A DNA stretch of 64,000 bases from a virus. Position 1 is the first letter of the stretch, and every line of letters starts with the position of its first letter. Both the position numbers and the translations under genes were made by a program. The DNA lies in IMG/VR virus record IMGVR_UViG_3300030329_003387, one strand, 5' to 3'. A model generated the notes under the pieces. That model saw only the letters and a list, made by a program, of their open reading frames with translations. It did not search any database and had not been told where the DNA came from. Shown piece by piece: positions 1 to 9,134 of this stretch.

Positions 1-1014
1 GTTTGCTACCACAGAAGCAGTAGTTTAGGAACTCTGGAGTTCTGCGAACAAAAGTATTTTCTCCAGTACAATCTATCCTACAAGGACAAGACGAACAAAA
101 AAGCTCTCATGGGTACTATTACCCATAAGGTTATGCAGATACTTGGAGACAAGTCACTGGCTGTTGCCAAAGGTGAAGACAAGGTCGTTGATGACGAGCT
201 TGGTACTTTTACACTGAAGCAATGTGACGATCTATCGTATGTAAATGACTTGGCTTTTGACTATTATGTCAACAATTTTCCAGAGGTTGTCCTTACGGAC
301 TCTGAAAAACGAACCTGCTTAAAATGGGCTGAGAAAGCCGTGGCCTATCAGGATGGAATGTTTGATCCTAGAAATCAAGATGTATTTGCGACAGAGCTTT
401 TCTTCGACATTGAAATACAGGAAAACTGGGCAAAGTACAACTACAGGGTAGGTAAAGAAAATGTCAAAGGCAACTTGGCTATAAAGGGAACCGTTGACTT
501 AATCGTAAAACAGGGCGAAAACTATTACGAGATACTAGATTATAAAACCGGCAAGAGAATTAACTGGGCTACTGGAGAAGAGAAGACTTTAGAGAAGCTA
601 CAAAAAGACACTCAGCTCCTCCTGTATTACTACGCCCTAAAAAACATGTACCCAGAAGCAGAGTTTTCTGTAAGCATTTTTTATATTAACGCTGGTGGTG
701 TTTTCTCAATGGTCTTTGACGAAGACGACTACAAAAAAGCAGAAAACATATTGAGACAAAAATTTGAGAAAATTAAGAGAAGTCAAAATCCAAAACTCTT
801 ATCTAACGAAAACTCACATTGGAAGTGCCGCAAGCTCTGTAAGTTTAGCCAACCTTACAAAGAAGGTTCAAAGAAAAGTGTGTGTCAGCATATTAGAGAT
901 GAAATAAGAAAAGACGGAATCTTAAAAGTTGTTGAAAAATACGGAGATGTCAACAAGCTGTCAGCATACGGAGATGGCGGCGGTAGACTCGCAGAAGATA
1001 CTAAGAAAAAATGA
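1..1014 (+). CDS. Cas4/AddB-like PD-(D/E)XK exonuclease with probable Fe-S cysteines (5'-truncated by window)
   Basis: Frame is open from base 1 (VCYHRSSSLGTLEFCEQKYF..., a typical S-S...C...Y N-terminal motif). Has GTITH, GTVDLI, ILDYKTG, QLLLYYYA and a C-terminal C-x3-C...C cluster. Confidence 0.85.
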   Translation, partial: VCYHRSSSLGTLEFCEQKYFLQYNLSYKDKTNKKALMGTITHKVMQILGDKSLAVAKGEDKVVDDELGTFTLKQCDDLSYVNDLAFDYYVNNFPEVVLTDSEKRTCLKWAEKAVAYQDGMFDPRNQDVFATELFFDIEIQENWAKYNYRVGKENVKGNLAIKGTVDLIVKQGENYYEILDYKTGKRINWATGEEKTLEKLQKDTQLLLYYYALKNMYPEAEFSVSIFYINAGGVFSMVFDEDDYKKAENILRQKFEKIKRSQNPKLLSNENSHWKCRKLCKFSQPYKEGSKKSVCQHIRDEIRKDGILKVVEKYGDVNKLSAYGDGGGRLAEDTKKK

Positions 1015-2918
1015 ATTGGACTCCATTACATTTACACAGTCACTACAGCCTACTTGATGGCCTGTCTAGGCCGCAACAGATCGCAAGCAGGTGTGCAGAC
1101 TTGGGATTTAGCTCTTGCGCACTGACAGATCACGGAACCGTGTCTGGAGCTGTCTCTTTCACTAAGGCTTGTAAAGCAAAAAATATCAAACCTGTGTTAG
1201 GCTGTGAGTTCTATCTCAGTCAAGACGACGCAACGGTAAAAGAAACATCAAACAGAACCCTGAGTCATCTTGTAGTGCTGGCAAAGAACAAGACTGGCTG
1301 GGGAAAATTGATCGAGGCTGTATCTCGCAGTAACGATGAAGATGTTTATTATTACAAGCCGCGATTAGACTTAGATTTGCTCGGTCAATATGCTAACGGA
1401 GACCTTTTGGCTTTTAGTGGGCATTTAGGCAGCGACATGGCTAACGCGATTTTTACAGACTATAAAGCTGCGTATGGTCAAGAAACAGAGGCTGGAGTTA
1501 AGAAGTATATAGACCCAAGCTGGGTTGAGAAAGTCACAAAAGTCGCATACAAATATATGGATATATTTGGTAAAGAAAACTTTCTAATCGAAGTGCAGTG
1601 TATAGACCAAGATAACTCTCCAGCAGCAAAGCTTGTAGCGCAAGGGATGCGCTATATCGCTAAAACATTAAAGATACCCTCGATAGCGACCTCAGACTCA
1701 CACTATCCAGAAAAGAAGGATTCACCAGACCACCTACTACTTTTGTGTTCTGCGATGAAAACAACTCTTAGAAAGATAAAAAGCAAGTTAGATAACAATG
1801 AGGACGTTGGTTTCTCTGGGTTTATGAAGTCTAACAACTTCCACATCCCAACTTTACAAGAGATGAAGGCAATACATACAGAAGCTGAATTGCAGAATAC
1901 CATGCATGTGGCCGACATGTGTGAAAGCTATGACATTCTTGGTCAGCCAATGTTGCCTAAGTTTAAATGCCCAGAAGACATGGCGGAAGAGGCTTACCTA
2001 AAACATTTATGCAGAGAGGGATGGAAAAATTTCCTCATGCCAAGTGGTAAGATAAACACAAAAACATCTGAAGATATATATGCCGACAGAATAAAAAAAG
2101 AACTTAAAGTCATAAGTGATGCAAACCTGTCTGGATACTTTCTGATAGTAAGAGATATAGTTAACAATATTAGATCAAACTCTTGGATTCCCGGACCCGG
2201 AAGAGGTTCTGCTGCTGGATGCTTGGTTTCTTATTTGGTGGGCATAACACAGGTTGATCCCATTGAGTATGGATTAATCTTTGAAAGATTTTATAACGCC
2301 GGAAGAAATACAGAAGATCACATATCACTTCCAGATATTGACATAGATGTACCGGCATCCAGAAGGGACGACACCATAGACTATATAAGAGACAAGTATG
2401 GACATTCAAAAGTAAGTCAAATGGTTACATTTGGAAGACTTCAAGGGCGAAGCGCACTTAAAGAAGTTCTACGTATGAATGAGGCTTGCGGTTATGACGA
2501 AATGAATGTCATAACAAAAAGTCTACCACCCGAACATGAAATATCTGACCAACTAGCGGACATGGACGATCCATCAGTAATACGGTGGACTTTGATAAAT
2601 CAGCCGGAAGTCTTGAGAGAGTATTGCAGGATGAATGACGAAGGCGAGCTAGAGGGCGACTATGCAAAATTGTTTGAACAAGCAATGCGCATTGAAGGTA
2701 CATTCAAGTCTCAGGGTAAGCACGCAGCTGGAGTTGTAATTTCCTCCAATAATTTGAACGAGGTATGTCCTATGGTTAGAGACAAATCTAGTTCAGAAAA
2801 AATGGCCGGTATGGAAATGAACGACCTTGAGGCTATGGGTCATGTCAAGTTTGATGTTTTAGGCATCTCACTTTTAGATAAAGTAATGGGTATTAGAGAC
2901 CAACTGGAAGAATCTTAA
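1011..2918 (+). CDS. dnaE: DNA polymerase III alpha, N-terminal part (PHP + palm/thumb)
   Basis: HLHSHYSLLDG, LTDHG, GCE, SDSHY (PHP); GPGRGSAAG, FERFYN, PDIDID, HAAGVVI, KFDVLG. Ends shortly after KFDVLG. Confidence 0.95.
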   Translation: MNWTPLHLHSHYSLLDGLSRPQQIASRCADLGFSSCALTDHGTVSGAVSFTKACKAKNIKPVLGCEFYLSQDDATVKETSNRTLSHLVVLAKNKTGWGKLIEAVSRSNDEDVYYYKPRLDLDLLGQYANGDLLAFSGHLGSDMANAIFTDYKAAYGQETEAGVKKYIDPSWVEKVTKVAYKYMDIFGKENFLIEVQCIDQDNSPAAKLVAQGMRYIAKTLKIPSIATSDSHYPEKKDSPDHLLLLCSAMKTTLRKIKSKLDNNEDVGFSGFMKSNNFHIPTLQEMKAIHTEAELQNTMHVADMCESYDILGQPMLPKFKCPEDMAEEAYLKHLCREGWKNFLMPSGKINTKTSEDIYADRIKKELKVISDANLSGYFLIVRDIVNNIRSNSWIPGPGRGSAAGCLVSYLVGITQVDPIEYGLIFERFYNAGRNTEDHISLPDIDIDVPASRRDDTIDYIRDKYGHSKVSQMVTFGRLQGRSALKEVLRMNEACGYDEMNVITKSLPPEHEISDQLADMDDPSVIRWTLINQPEVLREYCRMNDEGELEGDYAKLFEQAMRIEGTFKSQGKHAAGVVISSNNLNEVCPMVRDKSSSEKMAGMEMNDLEAMGHVKFDVLGISLLDKVMGIRDQLEES

Positions 2919-2919
2919 T

Positions 2920-3171
2920 ATGAGTAGACAATTTATAAAAGATAGGATTGAGAACAAAAGATACGTTGAGTTCAAATCTCTGTCGATATGCAAAATAAAT
3001 GATTTTTATGACAGGATGGTACAAAAAGATATGTATCAAGTTCACTGCTCCAACCCTAAATGCTTACAGCAAAAAGAATCTACATCAAAAAAAATACCAT
3101 TCAGTATGCTTTACGAAGATATTGAACAAGCGTTAAATAAATTTATTGAACTAAGGAAAAAGATAAGATGA
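2920..3171 (+). CDS. hypothetical protein (83 aa) between the dnaE halves
   Basis: Fills the gap exactly: starts 2 nt after the dnaE-N stop and has an ATGA overlap with the next gene. Confidence 0.7.
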   Translation: MSRQFIKDRIENKRYVEFKSLSICKINDFYDRMVQKDMYQVHCSNPKCLQQKESTSKKIPFSMLYEDIEQALNKFIELRKKIR

Positions 3172-3851
3172 ATTACAGAGATATTATTGTATTTGACTTT
3201 GAGACGGGTGGTAGAAACCCATATAAGTGTCAACCGACACAAATTGCCGCAGTTGCTATTCATGGGCGCAAGCTCACCGTGCAGCCCGGAGGTTATTTTA
3301 ATAGTGAAATACGACCTATTTTAGATGACGATAAGGCTATTGAGCTGGGTTTAGATCCAGTAGAGGACGAAGCTCTCGCCGTCACTAGAAAGAATAGAGA
3401 AGATTTAGCAAAAGCGCCGCAGCCAAAAGCGGTTTGGCAAAAGTTCACAAACTTTGTCAATAAGTACAACTTCAAAAAAACAAACTACTACGCTCCTATC
3501 GCTGCTGGTTACAACATAATTGGTTTCGACATGCCTATCGTTGAACGTATGTGCCAACAATATGGTCCTACGCACAACAAGTCAGGCAGGCAGGGCTTGT
3601 TTAATCCTATTCACAAGGTTGATTTAATGCATACGGTATGGATGTGGATGGAGAACAACGCAGACGTTAAATCCTTAAGTATGGATTCAATGAGAGACTT
3701 GCTTGGTATGGACAAAGAAAATGCCCATGACGCTTTACAAGACGTAAAAGACACTGCCAATCTATTAATTGCCTTCATGAAGCTTATCAGAAGGGTTTCT
3801 CCTAGCGTAAAATTTGAAAAGGCATTTGCAGATGGAAACATCCACCTTTGA
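3168..3851 (+). CDS. DEDDh 3'-5' exonuclease (DnaQ/epsilon-like)
   Basis: ExoI VFDFETGG, ExoII GYNIIGFD, ExoIII AHDALQD. Confidence 0.92.
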   Translation: MNYRDIIVFDFETGGRNPYKCQPTQIAAVAIHGRKLTVQPGGYFNSEIRPILDDDKAIELGLDPVEDEALAVTRKNREDLAKAPQPKAVWQKFTNFVNKYNFKKTNYYAPIAAGYNIIGFDMPIVERMCQQYGPTHNKSGRQGLFNPIHKVDLMHTVWMWMENNADVKSLSMDSMRDLLGMDKENAHDALQDVKDTANLLIAFMKLIRRVSPSVKFEKAFADGNIHL

Positions 3852-5403
3852 TCCTATAAACCTATCTTTTGACGACGAGTCCACATGGGACACAATCTGT
3901 AGCGGAAGAACAAAGGGCGTTTTTCAGTTAGAGAGTAGTTTAGGAAGAAGTTGGGCTAAGAAAGTTAAGCCCAAGAATATGGAAGAGCTTTCCGACTTAA
4001 TAGCCATCATCCGTCCGGGATGTTTAAAAGCTATAGTTGATGGAAAGTCTATGACTCAACATTACGTCGATAGGAAGAATGGTGAAGAGTCAGTAACATA
4101 TTTACACGAATCATTAGAGCCAATCCTAAAGAAAACTCAGGGTGTACTTGTTTATCAAGAGCAGTCAATGCAGATAGCTCAACAGTTAGCTGGTTTTAGC
4201 CTTCAGGACGCTGACGACCTTCGTAAGGCCATCGGCAAAAAGAAGGCAGATCTAATGGCTAAAGTAAAGAAGTCTTTCTTAACTGGGGCTGATAGTAAAG
4301 GTATCGTTACCAAAGAAACGGCTGAAGAGATTTTTAGTTGGATTGAAAAATCTAGCCGTTACGCCTTTAACAAATCTCATGCTGTTAGTTATGCTATTTG
4401 CGGATATTGGAGCGCATACGCTAAAACGCATTATCCGCTACAGTTCTACTGTAACTATCTTAGGTATTCGGGCGGAAAGCCAGATCCACAGAAAGAAGTC
4501 AAGGAGCTTGTCACAGACGCTAAGTCTAACGATATATTCATACATCCTCCATCCTTAGATCATCTCAACGAAGAGACTGACGTAATAAACGACACAATCT
4601 ACTTTGGACTCAAAAACGTCAAGTCTCTAGGCTCTAATACGATAGCAACAATAAGAGATAATATTTCTGATCTAAAAGAGTCTTTGAAATCAAAGGAATG
4701 GACTTGGTATGAATTTTTAGTCCTCATTTCTAGGAAGATAAACAAAACGGCAACCAGAGCTTTAATATCGTCTGGAGTTTTGTCAAACCTTAAAGTTTCA
4801 AGACAAAAGATGCTCTATGAATTTGACACGTTTGAAAAGCTATCCAACAAAGAAATAGAATGGGTTTCAGAAAATTACCAAGCCTTTGACTCGTTGCTAG
4901 AGCTTCTTAGAAGTCTAGGTAGACCGAGAAAAGAGGGTGGCGGGGTTACAAATAAGAATAGACTGGAGATAGTAAAAGATTTGATACAGCAGCTAGAAGA
5001 TCCGCCAGTCTCCCTACACGACGATCCAGAGTGGATAGTTAGAACGGAAGAAAATTACTACGGCGTGTCACTAACCTTTTCCAAAGTAGAGTCTTCAGAT
5101 ACCAGCAGGGCTGACACCACATGTAAAGATCTCATCAATGGCAAAGAGGGCAAGGTCATGATTGCCGCAACAGTTTCCGAAACGAGGAAGTATGTACCGA
5201 AAAAGGGCAAGAACGCTGGCAATGAAATGGGTTTTTTAGAGATAGAGGATGCTACTGGTAGCGTTGATAATATAACTCTTTTTAATGAAGCTTGGATTAA
5301 ATATAAAAATGTTCTATATAATGGAAACAATATACTTATAATAGGAAAATCATCCAAGGGCAAAAGAGATGGCGTTATAGTAGACGAAATATTTGAACTG
5401 TAG
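3832..5403 (+). CDS. dnaE: DNA polymerase III alpha, C-terminal part (fingers, HhH, OB fold)
   Basis: TKGVFQLES, AIIRPG, TQGVLVYQEQ, ADDLRKAIGKK, YAFNKSHAVSY, FGLKNVKSLG, C-terminal OB fold (MGFLEIEDATG). ORF is open from TTG 3814; ATG at 3832 is preferred. Confidence 0.93.
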   Translation: METSTFDPINLSFDDESTWDTICSGRTKGVFQLESSLGRSWAKKVKPKNMEELSDLIAIIRPGCLKAIVDGKSMTQHYVDRKNGEESVTYLHESLEPILKKTQGVLVYQEQSMQIAQQLAGFSLQDADDLRKAIGKKKADLMAKVKKSFLTGADSKGIVTKETAEEIFSWIEKSSRYAFNKSHAVSYAICGYWSAYAKTHYPLQFYCNYLRYSGGKPDPQKEVKELVTDAKSNDIFIHPPSLDHLNEETDVINDTIYFGLKNVKSLGSNTIATIRDNISDLKESLKSKEWTWYEFLVLISRKINKTATRALISSGVLSNLKVSRQKMLYEFDTFEKLSNKEIEWVSENYQAFDSLLELLRSLGRPRKEGGGVTNKNRLEIVKDLIQQLEDPPVSLHDDPEWIVRTEENYYGVSLTFSKVESSDTSRADTTCKDLINGKEGKVMIAATVSETRKYVPKKGKNAGNEMGFLEIEDATGSVDNITLFNEAWIKYKNVLYNGNNILIIGKSSKGKRDGVIVDEIFEL

Positions 5404-5432
5404 TTGCAAAAGCTCTTTAGTGAGCGTATATT
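5404..5432 (+). promoter_or_regulatory. sigma70-like promoter upstream of ssb
   Basis: TTGCAA (5404-5409), 17-nt spacer, TATATT (5427-5432), in one of the few intergenic gaps. Confidence 0.55.
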
Positions 5433-5469
5433 GTATGTAGTAAGAACAACTTATTGCAAGGATGGTACT

Positions 5470-5886
5470 ATGAACACTATTTCAAATTATTGCCGATTTA
5501 TTGGTCGCCTAACTGAAGACCCACATCTCATCAAAGTAGACAAAACAGAGTTATGTCGATTTACTTTAGCCGTAACTGAATATAGGCGAGAAAAAAGCCC
5601 TGACGGAGAAAGTAAGAAAAAGAAGAGCGTAAATTACTTTGATTTTGAAGCTTGGGACACCGGAGCGACAACTCTTGGCAAATATTGTAAAAAGGGTGAC
5701 ATAGTAGATGTAGTGACCTCAGCTAGAAATAATAACTGGACAGACAAAGAAGGAAACAAAAAGTTTCAGACAAGATTTAGAGTGAAAGAGTTTAAGCTTT
5801 TTAACACAAATCAAAACACGTCTAGTGTTCCGGATGGGGCGAGCAATGAAGGTAAGCTCGAAAAATCCGAACTGCTAAATGAATAA
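5470..5886 (+). CDS. ssb: single-stranded DNA-binding protein
   Basis: N...FIGRLTEDP, FTLAV, YFDFEAWD, YCKKGD, WTDKEG. ATG 5470 is preferred over TTG 5404. Confidence 0.9.
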   Translation: MNTISNYCRFIGRLTEDPHLIKVDKTELCRFTLAVTEYRREKSPDGESKKKKSVNYFDFEAWDTGATTLGKYCKKGDIVDVVTSARNNNWTDKEGNKKFQTRFRVKEFKLFNTNQNTSSVPDGASNEGKLEKSELLNE

Positions 5887-6376
5887 ACAGAGAAGAAATA
5901 CAACGGACAAAGAGCTTGAAGACCAACTAATTCGTAACAATTACGGACTGGTTGTTAGTCAAGCTCTTTCTTTTTTATCTAAAAACTCTAGCTTAGATGA
6001 ATTTATACAGGCCGGACTGATAGGTCTGCTAAGAGCTATAAGACAACATGATGAAGATATATCTAAGTTTTCTACCTATGCTACCGTATGCATTAGGAAT
6101 GAGATACAAAAACTAAAAAGCAAAAACAAAGACAAAGATGTTAAAGTATTCTTTGACAACAATCTTTTAGCAAAAAGTCTAAAAGATAAGTACTATATAA
6201 AAGAAAGCTTCTTTGATTATGTGCCGGATTATCTATCAGAAGAAGAGAACTTCATACTCAAGCTAAAGCTTGAAAATTATACCAACGCAGAAATTTGCGA
6301 TTTTCTAAATTGCACTAGAGTTGTTTTGAATAAAAAATTAGAGACGCTCTTTGAAAAAATTAGGGAAGCTAATTGA
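5879..6376 (+). CDS. phage sigma-70-family RNA polymerase sigma factor
   Basis: Region 2: LIRNNYGLVV...IQAGLIGLLRAI...KFSTYATVCIRNEI. Region 4-like: LSEEENFIL...YTNAEICDFL. Confidence 0.88.
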   Translation: MNKQRRNTTDKELEDQLIRNNYGLVVSQALSFLSKNSSLDEFIQAGLIGLLRAIRQHDEDISKFSTYATVCIRNEIQKLKSKNKDKDVKVFFDNNLLAKSLKDKYYIKESFFDYVPDYLSEEENFILKLKLENYTNAEICDFLNCTRVVLNKKLETLFEKIREAN

Positions 6377-8013
6377 TGAGAAAGAAAAGAATATTATTTT
6401 GCGGAGAGGCTACCTATCTAAATACAGGTTATGCAACTTATGGTAGAGAAGTTTTAAACAGGCTTTACCAAACAGATAAGTACGAATTAGCAGAATTTGC
6501 TAGTTATGGGACTCCAGAAGAAGCCGCAAAGAACAATATTCCGTGGACTTTTTATCCAAACATGCCCGACACCTCTAACAAAGCTGAGGTAGATCAATAC
6601 AACTCCATTCCTACAAACCAGTTTGGGGAATGGAGATTTGAGGAAGTGTTGCTTAGCTTCAAACCGGATATTGTTTTTGACATTCGAGATTTTTGGATGC
6701 TTGACTATCAAAGTAGGTCGCCATTCAGAAGGATGTTTCATTGGGTTATAATGCCTACAGTAGATGCTTCCCCACAAAACGAACAATGGTTGGCTACATT
6801 TTCTGAAGCTGACGGCGTTTTTAATTATTCTGATTGGGGATATGAGGTTCTAAAAGAAGAGTCTAACGGCGCTATTAATTGTTTGGGTAGCGCTCCTCCT
6901 TCTGCCGACCAAGCCTACCAACCAGTAGCAAGCAAAAGAAAGCATAAATCTGAACTAGGGTTTGACCCAGATAGTAAAATAATTGGCACTGTAATGCGCA
7001 ACCAAAGAAGGAAGTTATTTCCTGATTTGTTTGAAGCTTTTAGAAAGTTTTTAGATAAGAGTGGTAGCAGTGACGTTTTTCTATACTGCCACACTAGCTA
7101 TCCAGACATTGGATGGGACATACCCAAACTACTGAACAAATACGCACTGTCAAGCAAGGTCATCTTTACATATGTATGCCCAAGCTGTGGTCATGCTTTT
7201 CCATCGTTTTTTGCTGACGCAAAGACAAAATGCCCAAGATGCGGCGGTTCTGGAGCTGGATTATCAAGCGTAAAGAATGGAACGAGCTATGAATTCCTTG
7301 CTTCTATCATGAATACGTTTGATCTGTACGTTCAGTATGCAAACAGTGAAGGTTTCGGTTTGCCACAGGTTGAAGCAGCTGCTTGTGGAGTGCCTGTCAT
7401 GAGCATTGATTACTCTGCCATGAGTAGTGTTGTTAGAAAATTGGGAGGAATACCATTAAAGCCAAAAGCTCTCTACAACGAAATGGAAACTGGTTGTGAC
7501 AGGGCAGTACCCGACAACGACAAGACTGCGGAGGAGATGAAAAAGTTCTTCGACATGTCAGATAAAGATCGTCAATTTTTAGGAAAGCTTTGCAAGGCGA
7601 ACTTTGATAAATACTACCAATGGGATTCAACCGCTAAGAAATGGGAGCAGTATTTTGATTCTTTAGAAATTAGACCCGATCAAGAAACTTGGCTGTCACC
7701 ACCCAGAATACACCACCCAGATATAGACGTTCCTGCCTATCTCCCTACACAAGAGTATGCTCAATGGCTGATAGTCAATGTTTTAGGAGAGCCTGAAAGA
7801 CTTAATACTTATTTTGAAGCAAGAATGATTAGAGATCTAAATTATGGGATGTACATAGAAGGCACTGGAGATATGTACTTCAATGAGGACTCTTATAAGT
7901 TTGTTCGCCCAGAATATCAGCCGTTTGATAAAGAAATTGCATACAAGGTTGTTGCTGACCTTGCAGAGAGAAGGAATTTCTGGGAATCAAAAAGGAAAGA
8001 GGTGGTTAGATGA
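6376..8013 (+). CDS. GT4 (GT-B) glycosyltransferase with zinc-ribbon insertion
   Basis: TGYATYGRE, RNQRRK, SEGFGLPQVEAAACGVPV; inserted CPSCG...CPRCG. Confidence 0.9.
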   Translation: MRKKRILFCGEATYLNTGYATYGREVLNRLYQTDKYELAEFASYGTPEEAAKNNIPWTFYPNMPDTSNKAEVDQYNSIPTNQFGEWRFEEVLLSFKPDIVFDIRDFWMLDYQSRSPFRRMFHWVIMPTVDASPQNEQWLATFSEADGVFNYSDWGYEVLKEESNGAINCLGSAPPSADQAYQPVASKRKHKSELGFDPDSKIIGTVMRNQRRKLFPDLFEAFRKFLDKSGSSDVFLYCHTSYPDIGWDIPKLLNKYALSSKVIFTYVCPSCGHAFPSFFADAKTKCPRCGGSGAGLSSVKNGTSYEFLASIMNTFDLYVQYANSEGFGLPQVEAAACGVPVMSIDYSAMSSVVRKLGGIPLKPKALYNEMETGCDRAVPDNDKTAEEMKKFFDMSDKDRQFLGKLCKANFDKYYQWDSTAKKWEQYFDSLEIRPDQETWLSPPRIHHPDIDVPAYLPTQEYAQWLIVNVLGEPERLNTYFEARMIRDLNYGMYIEGTGDMYFNEDSYKFVRPEYQPFDKEIAYKVVADLAERRNFWESKRKEVVR

Positions 8014-9134
8014 AAGTCCTCTATATAGGTTGTTACAGAGATGGTACTGGATGGGCGCAAGCGGCAATAGATTACATACTTTCTATGGACGCCGCTGGAA
8101 TAGACGTTGTTCCAAGACCAATAAAACTAAATAACAACAAGCCAGACATACCTAAAAGAATAATTGAGCTTGAGAAAAAAGACAGTATCGGCAGTGATGT
8201 TTGCATACAGCACGTACTTCCACACATGATGGATTACAATGCTAGATTTAAGAAAAATATAGCCCTATACGCAAGCGAGACAAGCAATTTTAAGGCATCT
8301 AACTGGGCTAGAAAAATAAACTGTTTAGACGAAGCTTGGGTTATAAACAATCAAATGGTGGACGCCGCAAAAGAAAGCGGGGTAAACATACCAATAAAGG
8401 TTGTTCCTCATGCCACAGATTTTTCTAAGTTTGAAAGCAATCATAGAAAGGTTGATATACCAAACATAAGAGACACCTTTACTTTCTACTTTGTTGGCGA
8501 GATGAACAACAGAAAGAATATGGCGGCTTTTATAAGAGCGTTTCATCTAGAGTTTGACCCAGACGAACCCGTCTCAATTTTAATAAAATCAAACAGGTAT
8601 GGTATGTCTTCCGACGAGTGCGCGGCAGAGATAAAAAATGTATGCGATAAAATTAAAACATCTCTTAAAAAGTACGCAAATCTAGAAGACTATAGAGAAG
8701 ACTTAATAGTTACAGATTATTTAGGCGAACAAGAGCTTTATGGTCTTCACAGGGCTTGCGACTGCTTCGTTATGCCTAGTTACGGAGAGGCTTGGTCTAT
8801 ACCAGCTTTTGACGCTATGGGCTTTGGTAAAACACCGATATGTTCAAATACTGGAGGAATGGCAGATTATATAGGTGACTCTGGAATTTTGATTGACGGT
8901 AGATGGGAGCCAGTTTCTGGAATGACAGACACTTTTGCCGACCTTTTTACAGCCGAAGAGGATTGGTACTCCGTAGATGTAAACCAGCTTAGAAAAGCGA
9001 TGAGAAAAATATACACAATGAAAAGCTCAGAACAAGAAGAATACAGCAAGATGAAAAGAAACGGACTTGTTCAAGCACAAAAATATTCTCACGAAAATAT
9101 AGGCAAACTAATAAAAGAGCTTTTGAATGAGTAA
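8010..9134 (+). CDS. GT4 glycosyltransferase
   Basis: NRKN, DCFVMPSYGEAWSIPAFDAMGFGKTPI...GGMADYI. Confidence 0.9.
   Translation: MKVLYIGCYRDGTGWAQAAIDYILSMDAAGIDVVPRPIKLNNNKPDIPKRIIELEKKDSIGSDVCIQHVLPHMMDYNARFKKNIALYASETSNFKASNWARKINCLDEAWVINNQMVDAAKESGVNIPIKVVPHATDFSKFESNHRKVDIPNIRDTFTFYFVGEMNNRKNMAAFIRAFHLEFDPDEPVSILIKSNRYGMSSDECAAEIKNVCDKIKTSLKKYANLEDYREDLIVTDYLGEQELYGLHRACDCFVMPSYGEAWSIPAFDAMGFGKTPICSNTGGMADYIGDSGILIDGRWEPVSGMTDTFADLFTAEEDWYSVDVNQLRKAMRKIYTMKSSEQEEYSKMKRNGLVQAQKYSHENIGKLIKELLNE

Noticed and set aside
1-1014. CRISPR-Cas system suggested by the Cas4-like gene
   Set aside because: No repeat-spacer array or other cas genes seen anywhere in the window.
2850-3900. Split intein or group I intron joining the dnaE halves
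   Set aside because: No intein terminal motifs at either junction, and the interval is fully occupied by two coupled ORFs with no homing endonuclease.
5404-5469. TTG-initiated N-terminal extension of SSB
   Set aside because: SSB similarity begins after ATG 5470; this stretch fits a promoter better.
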